From assembly GCA_028023455.1 (NCBI GenBank), contig JAQFVV010000007.1:12214001-12278000 (forward strand): a stretch of 64,000 nt of DNA. The letters are read 5' to 3'. Below the pieces are notes generated by a model. That model was not told the origin of the DNA, searched no databases, and was given only the letters and a program-made list of their open reading frames with translations. Both the position numbers and the translations under genes were made by a program. Numbering within the stretch: the stretch's first letter is position 1; each line of letters opens with the position of its first letter. Positions 29,015 through 40,509 of the stretch are shown here, piece by piece. This DNA is from Epiperipatus broadwayi. Taxonomy: Eukaryota > Animalia > Onychophora.

Positions 29015-30089
29015 ATCAACTTGTTTCCCAGAAGAGAATTCTACAATTTTGTAATTATATTGGGAGTTATTTGGAGATATGAAATATTCAGTGAGGTTTG
29101 AGTTAAGTAGATTGTGGATAATTAACTGAAGATATTCAAATATCTAAGCTTTTCCTAGGAATATTTATAATGCAATGAGAAGATAGAAATGGAAAGCAAG
29201 AACTTAATAATATTTGAACTGTAAATGCTAAATGTATTCTAATGTTGAATATTATTTTAGATATCTTGTGCAAGATGGGAAAGAGATTTATAGAGTGTGT
29301 ATTTGTTTATTTTATGTATATTTTTTATGTTTTATGTTCAATAGTTATACATACATTTCTGTTATATTATATGCTATGTCAATTATAGATTGTTCATTAA
29401 AATGAAGGTAATATAATATAATATTTAATCTAAAAAAGGGATGGGTAGTGATCATTAGTGATCAAAATTCATCATCATTGGTTTTTTAAGATATTGAATA
29501 ATATTATGATCTTAATATTGGGTTAAACATTGTGAAAATGAAATTCGTTATTACTATTTATTTTAAGATATGTTAAACAGTATTATAATTTTATTTTATT
29601 CATTTTATATTGTAATTATAGAGTATTTCAACAGCACAATTACCTAATACTGGATTTAAAATGAAAAGGGTTTTAATAATATGAACATCATGTTTGTGCA
29701 TTTTACTTATATTTTACTACTTGAATATAAATAATTCATAGATTGATGATAGTTGGTGTAGAATTATATTAAATTCCATGTGTACTTGGTAACACATATT
29801 TGTAATTGATCATTATCATTATTAACAACAATTTAATGAATCTAGAAAGTGAGTATTAAATAAGATTAGGTTTCATTGTTGATGATGATTGGTACAGGTG
29901 ATCATTTTGCAGCTATGAATATTTTGTTAGATGTCATTGGTTTTCATCTTATACTATTATTATTGCATTAGGAGGTTGTTAGTATTATATAGGGTTGTGG
30001 AAATGTCCAACACAATATCTTATAAGATAGTCATGATGTTAATGGATATGCTTAAATGGTATGATGTATTAGGGAAAGTGTTGATCTTT

Positions 30090-30230
30090 TATAATATATT
30101 TTCTTGTATCCATATGAGTGCTGATAGATACCTGGATATCTATTTCAAATATATTCATACAATATTTTTCTGTGTCCATATAGGTGCTGATAGACACCTA
30201 GATATGTAGTTCAAGTTTATTCAGACATAA
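30090..30230. repeat. Degenerate tandem duplication, about 66-bp unit
   Basis: tccatat..gtgctgataga.acct.gatat occurs twice. Confidence 0.7.
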
Positions 30231-31184
30231 CCCTAAACTGATATTATTTTGATCATTGTAGGTGTGTTTCTTTGAGGTTTATGCTAGTAATGTTGTTCTG
30301 GTGCTTCGAGCAGAAAGCCAATGTTGTGTAAATGCTATTGTTCATTAGTTGTAATCATGAATAACTTATAAAAAATATTCAAGGTATATTCTTACAAGTT
30401 AAATGAATATGTGCAATTCAGCTAGCCTCCAATCTAAAATAAAGAAATGCACTAAAGAAATTATTAAAACCAAGAGTGCAATCTGTTTGTTCTAATAAAT
30501 TCAAGGTTTTGCAGTTGTTTGTCTTATGCTTTAGTAAGATAATAAATTTCAACACATAAAAAAAAATATCTTGTGGGTAAATTATAGAATCAGTAAAAAA
30601 GGGGAATTAGATATGAAGATTATTTATATTTATTTAAACTTATTGAAAATATGTAGTTGTAATTTGTCAGCATGAGAATAATACTGATCCTTAAAATGGA
30701 ATAATTCATATGATAAGGTATTATATTATCAAACTTATTATTATGTTATTATAATTATTTTTTCTGAACTCAAGCAATACTCACTAATAATATTGTTTTG
30801 GGGAGAGTATCTTGATAAGTACCAGAATTTAGATGTGGACCTTTAATATTGTATTTCGTTCCAATATTTAAATTATTTGTTTTGTTGTATGTTTCATTTA
30901 TAAATAAAATGTAAATATTAGTGTAAATAAATGTTAGTGAATCTCTGTAATATGCTAATCATTGCTTTTGTGTTCATGGTTATTTCAAATCACCAATCAC
31001 CAATTCAATCCATTTCTTGCCATTACAGTTTAATGAGAATTGTTATTGATTACATATTTTGATTTTATTATTATCTATCATTACAATCATATATGCTAAT
31101 TGTCCTGTACTTCTGGGAATTAAAATAAAAGAATTACTTAAATTGTATACTGAGTGATCAATAGAATCCATTATTATTTTTCAG

Positions 31185-31221
31185 CTATAATCAAATGCCT
31201 GGATGGTCCAGTTTGATTACA
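31185..31221 (+). CDS. Candidate exon of gene B (YNQMPGWSSLIT)
   Basis: ttattattttcag-type acceptor, ACA|gtaatt donor, open frame. Could be chance. Confidence 0.3.
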
Positions 31222-32269
31222 GTAATTTATTCTTAAGTCAATTAATGATCTTGTGATGTTGTATTGTTAACTATGTCAATCATTTTAATATTGTAACCAG
31301 ATAAAACTAAACTATAAGTTTTAAGGTATTATATGTAGGCCGGTGCCTTAGCACATTGAGTGGCAGTAAAATGAACCCTCTTGCCTAACTTATGCATGCT
31401 TTGATTGAGATATATCACAATAAGAATCCTGAGATATAAAATAAATATATTTTATTATTTAATTATATTATGCAAATGATGGTAGCAGATGAAACTGGAA
31501 GGATTACAGTCTATGGCTGATGACTGATAGGTAGGTTACAATATACATTAATCATATGAGGGGTATATATTTAAATACATAATTCTTTCCATCCCACATT
31601 ATTTTAATTTCAGAGTATGCTCATTACTGTAAAGGTGTAGCTTTTTTCTTGTAAGTTCTAGGGAATTTGTGGAGAAAGTCAGATTTGCAAAAGGAATAAA
31701 TTTTAAATCTTTTTGTATTATTTTTCTCTTTCTAATCATGAATCAAAAATATTTTCTGATATATTATTAGTGTTCTATCTTGTTAGAGAATATGAAACCC
31801 ATTCACAGCATACTTGCAATGTAAATCATAACTATGATTTAATATTTATTTTTTAATATTTATTAAATTATATTGAATTATAATTATAATATCTAAAAAA
31901 AAGAATATATGAAAAATTCATTGTACTTATTAACATGATGCAACTTCATAAATATACCAAATAATACTGTTTATGAGTAGAAAGAAGAAAAAAAACAATC
32001 TTCCTGTTGAATTTATAAGAGAAGACAAAACTTTGTATTAATTATTACAATCTGAAGTTAAAATATGACAGGCACACTGAATATATTCAATGGCTAAAAT
32101 TATGTAAGGGTGAAAGCTAATACTTTGATATTGAAAGCTAATACTTTGGTATTTTTAATGATAATTTACTATTGATTGCTATTTCCTTAGGATAACTTAT
32201 TTTAGCACTGCAATATGCATCATAAAGCATTTTATATCATTAAGATGCAGTAAAATACTTAATATGCAA

Positions 32270-32645
32270 TAATATTGGTATCATCATGGAATTTGGGCTT
32301 TCCATCATCAGATTTTTAATGGTATGGATGGCTGAAGAGTTGGAGGTTGAAGTAGATTGAAGCTTGTCCATTAAAATATGAAGATTTGCTATTGTAATAT
32401 AAACTGAGCACTGATTATATATATATATGCATGGGAGATGATAATCTGGATTAACTGATGATTGCTGTTTCAGCAAGAAGTACATATATTGGTGATTATT
32501 TATCTTTTCTACATGTGTGTGGTTCATATGTATCAGTGATATGAGATAGTGTGGATAGTTGAAGAGTGCTTGGATGTCTGTGTTCAAATCTCGTATATTT
32601 ACAATTAAGCTCCAGGTATATGAAGAATGCCTATATTTCAAATCT
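32270..32645 (+). mobile_element. Family F2 copy (hammerhead-bearing, Penelope-LTR/retrozyme-like)
   Basis: Aligns by eye with 52100-52440 (-), 52582-52835 (+) and 34985-35100 (+). Confidence 0.8.
32450..32493 (+). ncRNA. Decayed type I hammerhead (family F2)
   Basis: ATTAA-CTGATGA-TTGCTG(TTT)CAGCAA-GAAG-TACATA-TA^TTGGT. GAAA is changed to GAAG. Confidence 0.7.
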
Positions 32646-32751
32646 TTAATATGTCTTCATAATTTGTATATCTTCTTCAAGAAGTATAATAACCACTGTT
32701 TCCTATTGCATTGCCAAATGTATATCACATAATATTTATTTGAGCAAACAG

Positions 32752-32897
32752 TTTACTACTTTTACAATGCTTTATTATTCACCCTTTCCTCCAGTTTACA
32801 GATTAGGAGATATAGCATTCTGAAGAAGATTGCTGGGGCAATCAAAACTGTAAACTGCAGGAAAGGGTGGATAATAAAGCATTGTAAAAGTAGTAAA
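32752..32897. mobile_element. Short MITE-like hairpin with about 55-bp arms
   Basis: ttactacttttacaatgctttattattcaccctttcct..tttacag pairs with ctgtaaa..aggaaagggtggataataaagcattgtaaaagtagtaa. Confidence 0.8.
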
Positions 32898-33761
32898 GTG
32901 TTTGATTAATTGGATATTATATAATCTTCATAATTTCATTGATTAAAATAGAAATGTAACCAAACAAATTATAATTTAAAAACATGTTTACTTTTTAACT
33001 ACTATTAAAAACTCTGCATTATTTTCTCATAATAAATATTTTTTCTTAAATATTATTTTAACACAATTTATTTATAGCTGCCAATATTAGTAGCCATTTG
33101 TAAATAAATAGCCTATTCTAATTACAAAATAAATATAAAAAAACATAAAATAAAAATACATCCACATGTACGAAAAGAAATTAGCCACTACAGTGCTATC
33201 TAACGTATCTTTGAGTAGCAGTTATTATCAGATGCATATAATATCTTTATGTTTAATGCACCTGCATTCATCTTTGATAAAGGAAACAGAAATAATTCTG
33301 AGGATGATAATTAAAATTTTAATAGTAGAAATTATATGTATATATCTCATAACCAATGATTATTCAAGCTTATAATAGAGGGCATTAGTATAGTGTCTAA
33401 CTCTTGTATTTTTATTTTGTTTAAATTACGAATTTATTGATTGATTGTTACTCACACACATATTACATTGTTGCCTTTTAATCTGTTTATTATAAAGTAT
33501 GTTTATAATAACTTTTAACAGTATTCAAACACCTTGATTTACATATTCCAATAATTAGACAGTCAGAGAATATCCCTCTATTGTTGATGATGTTATTGTT
33601 GTTCACAATGTATCATGCATTTTTTAATTTTTATTTTCTGGTCATTTTACTCTACACAACCCATTTTCACCCTTTTTGTAGGTTAAAACAGTATTTTTGC
33701 TCTTAATGATGGTCTACCAAAGAAATGCTGATTTTTTATTGGCTCTGCTAACTTATTATAG

Positions 33762-33821
33762 TTGTTAAGTTGGTTTGGAATTCACCATAATTATGTTGTT
33801 AATGCAGATGTGAATATGAAA
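33762..33821 (+). CDS. Candidate 60-nt exon of gene B (LLSWFGIHHNYVVNADVNMK)
   Basis: ttattatag acceptor, AAA|gtaagc donor, phase 0-0 and open. Confidence 0.35.
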
Positions 33822-34984
33822 GTAAGCTTAACATCAAACTGTATATGAAGGACCCAGTTATCATAGGATACAACAAAAAAACAACACAAAGTAATTAAAA
33901 AGTTTTAACTCAAAACAAATTGGAATATTGCAAATCTAAACAACCATAGTCCTGGGTATTTATGTCTTATATTCCCTGTATTGAAACTAAAATAAGGAAA
34001 ATCATTAATCAGACTTTAATATAAGCTTTAGGATGATGACTAATCTAAGCAGATTGATCAATAATTCCAAGAATGTAAAGCAGAAATACCATAAAGTGTT
34101 TATGCTTTGCTGTGCCACAGGATGGGGAGTTCCATACCATGATGTAGTAAATCTTGAACTAATATAACAACTAAAATAGGGCAGAAATTTATGCCAGAGT
34201 AGCTGTAAAAATTTAGCATTAGACTACAAAGAATACCAGGAACACTGTTTTAATCACATAAGGTCAAAATGGGTTATGTAGAGTTAATGACCAGAAATGA
34301 AAAATAGAAGAGGCATGATATATTGCTAACAATAATAATATCATTAACAAAAGAATGAATAGTGTCCAACTATCTAATTAATAGAATATGTAAATTAAGG
34401 TATTCACAAATATTATTAATTGTCAGTATAAAAAGGTTTTAAAATTTAATAAGAATAACTATGGTTATTATGCTGGCACTGAAAATAAAACTGGAAGTAT
34501 TTATTTTATACCTCATAAAGCATATCTATATATGTTTGCTTAAAGTTATTACATTTATATTATTGAAGGTTTTTACATATAGATAAAATTGAAATGGAAG
34601 TACAGCTATTTCCAATAAGCTAGGCTTAATCTTTAATTAAACTCAGTAAAATGTGAAAAATATGGGATGAAAACATATTACTATCCATTCTTTTAGTTCT
34701 GTTAGCATTTAAGCTTAGTTTATTGATGTTGCTATAAACCAAAGAATGAAATCTGTATATTAGTTTGATTTATGTATTGTTTAAATGGTCTTTGATTTAA
34801 AACATCATTAATAAACTAAGTTTAAATACTATAAATGTTAAAAGAATGGGTCCTATAACATTATGATTTTCATAGTTGATTGATGTTTGATTATTGGTTA
34901 AGCATAGGTTGTTGGGAGTTGCAGTTACTTTCATTTCAATTCCATATTATTAAGTTATAATTATTTACAGTTGTGTACCTAAAA

Positions 34985-35100
34985 GATTGTGATCTGGGCT
35001 AACTAATGATTGCTGGTTCAGCATGAAATGCAAATCTTTGGAGATCTTTGTCTGTTTCACATGTTTTTGTTCATGCATTTTAGGAATGCGTAGTGAAATG
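34985..35100 (+). mobile_element. Diverged family F2 fragment with hammerhead remnant (34998-35041)
   Basis: GCTAA-CTAATGA-TTGCTG(GTT)CAGCAT-GAAA-TGCAAA-TC-TTTGG. Flanks resemble other F2 copies. Confidence 0.6.
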
Positions 35101-35556
35101 TTGGATTAAATACAAAGTTAAGTATGAAGTCAAATGATTTCATGTGTTTATATCCAACTAACCCCAAATTATTTATATGCTTAGTTTATGGAATTTTTTG
35201 AACAGATAAACAATTATAAAGTATAAAAATCATCTAGAGATTTCAAGTTAGAGAGAGATTAACTAGTGGCTTTATTAAATCCTTCAATTCAGCTACTGTA
35301 ACCATAAATTTGAAAAACATTAAGCATGTGGTTCAGGGTTCATATTTAATTTACATAGATAAGGAAGTGTTAAATTCCATTTATAAAGTAGAATAGGTAG
35401 TTAGTATGGGTCATATTGATTCAATTATTGAGACTTCTGTGAAGTTTAGAAAAATTAAATCCAATTGACTTTACTATTAGATTTTAAAAAAATAATTTTG
35501 ATTGGGACCTTATAAAAAGTTTAAATTTTTTGCCATAATTCATTCATTTATTGTAG

Positions 35557-35623
35557 ATTTTTGGTTGTACATCTGGAAAGGGAATCATTATTTAAGACCA
35601 GTCTCAAGTGGTGAAAATATGTT
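35557..35623 (+). CDS. Candidate penultimate exon of gene B (FWLYIWKGNHYLRPVSSGENM)
   Basis: tttattgtag acceptor, TT|gtgagt donor, only one open frame. Confidence 0.45.
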
Positions 35624-35715
35624 GTGAGTATGGACAAGTCCGAATTTACACACTTTTTATACATTTTCTGCAAGGTCTAATAATCAAATGATTTTCCTGC
35701 TTAATCATTCATAAG

Positions 35716-35770
35716 GAGATTGAGCATCAAAACGGCATGCCAGATCTGGACCATCAAGAATGGAGTTTGA
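35716..35770 (+). CDS. Candidate terminal exon of gene B (RLSIKTACQIWTIKNGV*)
   Basis: Phase-compatible with the previous exon across a 92-nt intron. Confidence 0.3.
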
Positions 35771-35869
35771 GCTCAAAAGTGATCCACTCTACAACTGCAT
35801 CAAAATACAAGTAGTCATAGTTAATTAAACTAATTTCTTCAAATGTCTTCAAGCAAAGAATTTAACAAA

Positions 35870-37200
35870 AAAAACGTGCACCATAAGTATTTATTGCGCT
35901 TCAAATTTTAATTAAAAAAATATATTTAATGTTTTAATTAATTACCTCATTTCTTTTTACATTTTTTAACTCGATGTTTTGTTTTTTCCATATGTCAAAG
36001 CATCGGCTGGGAAGCAAACCCGCGACAACCGTCTGCAAGCAACTGCTTGCTTGCAAGGCGGCTGCGCTGACCTCTCGGCTACCAACGCTTGCATTTTCAC
36101 CAATACTTTATTAGTTTTATTCCAAATGAGATGATTATTATTAAACAATTAATTAGAATTTTCTTAAATTGATAGTGCAGTACTCGACATCTTATTATTT
36201 ACATATGCTAAAAATACTTTGCTATTGAAGCAAAATGTAATATATATACAAGGAAAAATAAATCAGAAGAAAGGAATAAGAATAAAAATTGAGAAAGTAA
36301 TATATAATCTGTCGATCAACAGTCAGATGGTGGCGACATTCATCGCAAACGAATTAATCCAAATTAATTTTTAATATATTTCTGTTAGTATTAACTCATA
36401 AATTTAATTTGTTTTAACTACAGTGGGAATACAATGTTGATGATTCGCAACCCGCACTGCCTATTGTCAAACTTTTGAACTTCTGAGAAATAAAACCAAT
36501 GACTATTATTTTTAAATTCTTTTAAATCAATGATTCAGAATTAAAACTATAAAATGATGTTAATTTTATTATTAATATTGTGCTGGCTGAGTAATTTGAA
36601 CCTTTATTTTGAAATCTTTTATGTGTGTTGATTTTTGCCTCCTCTTAACAAAGTAATTCTATAAGCAGGGATACTCTTTATCTTAAGAGAATGAACTTCA
36701 CTTTTTATGTTTTCCAGTGCACCTCTTTAGGTCACCTTAAACCTCATAGATGACTCAAAATCTTAAATTCCCTTATCATTCCAAGAGGAATTAGAGCATT
36801 TTGTCTTTACCCAGTTGGTTAGAATTGATACATTAAATGCAGGCAAGCATGAATTGTCATAACTTATGAGTGGAAAGCATTTCAAGATATATCTACATTA
36901 TCTTTCTGATGAGCGTTTCTGTCAGTTTTTGTGTATACATATCAAATGCATATTGTGTTAAGTGAAATAGAGTATTCTTTGATTCATTTTTTTATATATA
37001 ATTTTTTTTTTTTTATAATTTATGTATTCTATATATATATTATTAGAAATATCATTTTCTAAAAAAAAAGCGGTGTGAGTGTGTGTAGATGAAACGGTTT
37101 ATTATTCAAAATCCATAGTAAACAATTATAATAAGTCAGTATTAGAGACTGTACGGTCTTTTTTTCTCATGACGTAATGATGTCATTATATATACAACCG
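35870..37200. promoter_or_regulatory. CpG-retaining region, candidate promoter
   Basis: Dense CpGs compared with the flanking sequence, including a GC-rich core at 35995-36095 and agatggtggcgac at about 36325. Confidence 0.45.
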
Positions 37201-37498
37201 TGTAGCTTTTTTTTTTTTTTTCTATTTTTAATATAAAAAATCTTAATTAATATAATTTGTTTTTTTTATTTTTTAAGATTATTTTTATTTAGAAGTAATT
37301 TAAATGCTGATAATAATTCACAATAATCAAAATATTTTTTAACATTAACTAAAAATAACAACAAAATTTGATTATTAATTAATATATATTTTTATAAATA
37401 AATTATAGTGAATTATGAGCTTCATGTTATAATTTTGTGATGTTTGAGAAATAAAATTCATTCATTATCTCAATACTTTACTCAATATATAGAACAAG

Positions 37499-39955
37499 TG
37501 ATGTGATGTGATGTGATGTATTATGGCTTCTCCTTAAACGAAGTCAAGAATATCTCAGCAATTAAGCCCAGATAAACCTGTTAGCCACTTTCTTTTACAT
37601 TCCCCACTCTAAATTTACCCATAATCTGCTCTATCCCATTTCCACAACATAATTTTTGTCAACTCTATAACCTTTATATCTAAATCCCTCTTATCTTTTC
37701 CCAAACCTAGCATAAAAACCAATAATTCACTTTCTGTATAATCACTCTTTTCATATTTATTTTTCCACAACTTCATTATATGTACCCTTTCTGTTTTCAA
37801 ACATTTACATTCAATTAACAAATGCCTAATATTTTCAATTCCTTCCTTACATAATTTACAAAATAAATCACCCATATTTTTCCATTTACATGTATATTCT
37901 TTTGTAGCTAAAGATCCCGTTCGAGCCTTAAACAATAAACTACTTTCCTTACTATTATCATATATTAACTCACACCTAATATTCTGTTTATTTCTATATA
38001 TATTTGAACTCCTTTTACTCTCCATACTATTTCTCCATCTCTCTAACTCCCTAGTCTTTATTAATAAATTTATTCTTTTATCCCATTCCTTACTACTATA
38101 ACACTCAATAATCCTCTTAACACAATCATCCCATCTTTTGTACAAATATACTGATATAAATTCTTTATCCAAATCTTTTGCATAGCGCATTACATTTCTC
38201 ACCCATCTTGTTACCTGCCCTTTACTCATAACCCAATTAAATACTATTTTAGCTATTCTTTTATTATACATAAACTGCAATCTACCAAACATTTTCATTT
38301 TACTTTTTGCATCTCTCATATGAAAACTTGACCATCCCATTTTTCTTTGAATTGCCTCCCTTGCTGTCCATACTTCTGCATCCAATGCATGTCTTCCTAC
38401 TTCCCTTTGAGTTTTTTCTAAATAATCTAATATCTTTTTACTAACATATAATGCATCATTACCATATGTTAACCCTGCTACTGCAACTCCTTTCCATATA
38501 ATTCTAGCTACATCATATTTATTATATGAAAATACTGTTACTTTCTTTATCAATCCCTTTCTTTTCTTTGCTTCATTTATCAATTTTTTCTCCCATTCAT
38601 CCAAATAATTTTTCTGATTACTTAAAATAATTCCCAAATAACTATATCTATTCACCACACTTAACTTAATATCTCCCAATAAAAATTCTACATCTTCTCT
38701 TTCCTCAGTATTAACCATCATTATATTTGATTTTTCTTCACTAAATTTAATCCCCATCTCTTTACCCACCCTTGCACATGTCCTCAACATAACTTCCATA
38801 TCTTCTCTTTTTTCTGCACACAAAAATATATCATCTGCAAAAAAAAGACCTGACAAAATAAATACTCCCTTACTACCTATTAACGGTATCTCTATCCCTC
38901 TTCCTAATCTTTCTATTGCTCTTTCCATTTCACTCAAATACAACACAAACAAAATAGGTGACATAGGGCATCCTTGCCTTAGTCCCACACCATTTTTAAC
39001 TTTAATTGATTCTATATTCTCTAATTGATATATATAATAATTATTTTCATATAATTTCTTAATAATATCTATTAAAGCTTCATCCATTCCCAAATTTGCT
39101 AAACTTATCCATAATCTATTTCTATTTACTCTATCATATGCCTTCTCTATATCTATAAAAGTCATATATAACTGTTTATCTGCATTCCTACTCATATCCA
39201 TAAGTTGTGTAACTACAAATAAACTATCTCCTATACGCCTATCTAATCTAAAACCTCCTTGCATTTCACCCACTACATTATTCCCTTCCATCCATTTTAC
39301 AACTTTACTAGCCACCATATACGAGAAAACTTTATATAAAACTGATGTTACCGCTATCGGTCTATAATTATTCAACTTTCTATGATCCTTACCCTTTCCT
39401 TTAAATAATAACCTTACTCTTGTATTACTCCAACTACTTGGGAAAACTCTATTCTGTGCCATTTTATTAAAACAGGATAATAACTTTACTTTGCCCTATA
39501 TCCTAAATTCATTACCATCTCTGCTGCCCATCCATCTAAACCTCTTGCCTTCCCACTTTTCAATTTCTTCTCTACCTCATTTAGTTCATTTTCTGAAAAA
39601 CTAATATTCCCATTACTATATTCTTTCATATTTTCTAATATTCTATCATTCACATTTAACATCTTTTCTATATTCATTACATAACTATTTAAGATTCTCT
39701 CTAAATCTTCTCTAGAACTACACTCAGTTCCCTCATCATCTAGTAATACTAACTCTCTCTCCCCTACATTTCTCCTTTTAATATAATTCCAAATTTTTTT
39801 ACTTCCATCTCTTCCACTTTTATTAATATCCTCCAACAATTTACTATTCAATTTCATTCTCTCTCTATAAATATCTATTTTAGCCAACTTCTTCTTTTCT
39901 AAGTACTTTTCCCACTTAGCATTAATATCTTTTTCACTTTCCTTATTCTTAATAG
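37499..39955 (-). mobile_element. Young 5'-truncated non-LTR retrotransposon (APE-type LINE; clade not resolved) with an (ACATC)n tail
   Basis: 615-aa RT ORF plus an upstream 133-aa ORF separated by a single apparent 1-nt deletion near 39490. (GATGT)n at about 37499-37519. Confidence 0.93.
37615..39462 (-). CDS. Reverse transcriptase (LINE ORF2, C-terminal part) with CCHC knuckle
   Basis: Motifs NYRPIAV, QGGFR, FIDIEKAYDRV, GLRQGCPMSPILF, FFADD, YSYLG and CKLCKEGIENIRHLLIEC. Confidence 0.95.
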   Translation of the reverse strand: MAQNRVFPSSWSNTRVRLLFKGKGKDHRKLNNYRPIAVTSVLYKVFSYMVASKVVKWMEGNNVVGEMQGGFRLDRRIGDSLFVVTQLMDMSRNADKQLYMTFIDIEKAYDRVNRNRLWISLANLGMDEALIDIIKKLYENNYYIYQLENIESIKVKNGVGLRQGCPMSPILFVLYLSEMERAIERLGRGIEIPLIGSKGVFILSGLFFADDIFLCAEKREDMEVMLRTCARVGKEMGIKFSEEKSNIMMVNTEEREDVEFLLGDIKLSVVNRYSYLGIILSNQKNYLDEWEKKLINEAKKRKGLIKKVTVFSYNKYDVARIIWKGVAVAGLTYGNDALYVSKKILDYLEKTQREVGRHALDAEVWTAREAIQRKMGWSSFHMRDAKSKMKMFGRLQFMYNKRIAKIVFNWVMSKGQVTRWVRNVMRYAKDLDKEFISVYLYKRWDDCVKRIIECYSSKEWDKRINLLIKTRELERWRNSMESKRSSNIYRNKQNIRCELIYDNSKESSLLFKARTGSLATKEYTCKWKNMGDLFCKLCKEGIENIRHLLIECKCLKTERVHIMKLWKNKYEKSDYTESELLVFMLGLGKDKRDLDIKVIELTKIMLWKWDRADYG

Positions 39956-39971
39956 CACACTTATATTACAG

Positions 39972-40026
39972 CTCTCGACTGTAGCGACGTCTATAGGAAT
40001 ATTGAGACATCAGTGATTATTAGAAG
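39972..40026 (+). CDS. Candidate exon of plus-strand gene C (LDCSDVYRNIETSVIIR)
   Basis: ttacag acceptor, AG|gtaatg donor, one open frame. Confidence 0.35.
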
Positions 40027-40082
40027 GTAATGGAATTGAATCCTTATCCTGAGAGTTGGTTCATGGTTTTTACATTTATCAG

Positions 40083-40117
40083 TGAGACTTTGGGATTCAA
40101 AGCTGTAAATGATGCAG
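40083..40117 (+). CDS. Candidate exon of gene C (ETLGFKAVNDA)
   Basis: tttatcag acceptor, CAG|gtgggt donor, phase-compatible across a short 56-nt intron. Confidence 0.3.
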
Positions 40118-40509
40118 GTGGGTACCTACCTTCAATGCCTGTGCCAAAGAGTAAACATTTTAAAGTTTTTTTTAGGTTTTACTTTATGCATTCCTCAGCT
40201 CAATTTTATCATATGGAAACTATTTACCAGTATAAAAACCCATATCTTATTCACTTATGCTTTCATTAAATGTTAAAAGGGAATAGAAACCAAACATCAT
40301 TTTGTGTGCAAGTGATATAATGGAAAGTATTGACCTGTCAATATGGGTATGGCAATTGAGGTGTTTAATAACTAGTTCAGCTGTATGAGTGAACATTATT
40401 CCTAAAATGCATAAGTGAAAAAGGATAATCTGAGTTTCTACCCTGGAGGATGTTTATGATAAGGTGGAGTTGATATAAAGAATCCAGTACAAAAACTAAA
40501 AATTACTTG

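Noticed and set aside
28434-29082. ORFs of about 200 aa
   Set aside because: They read through the N gap.
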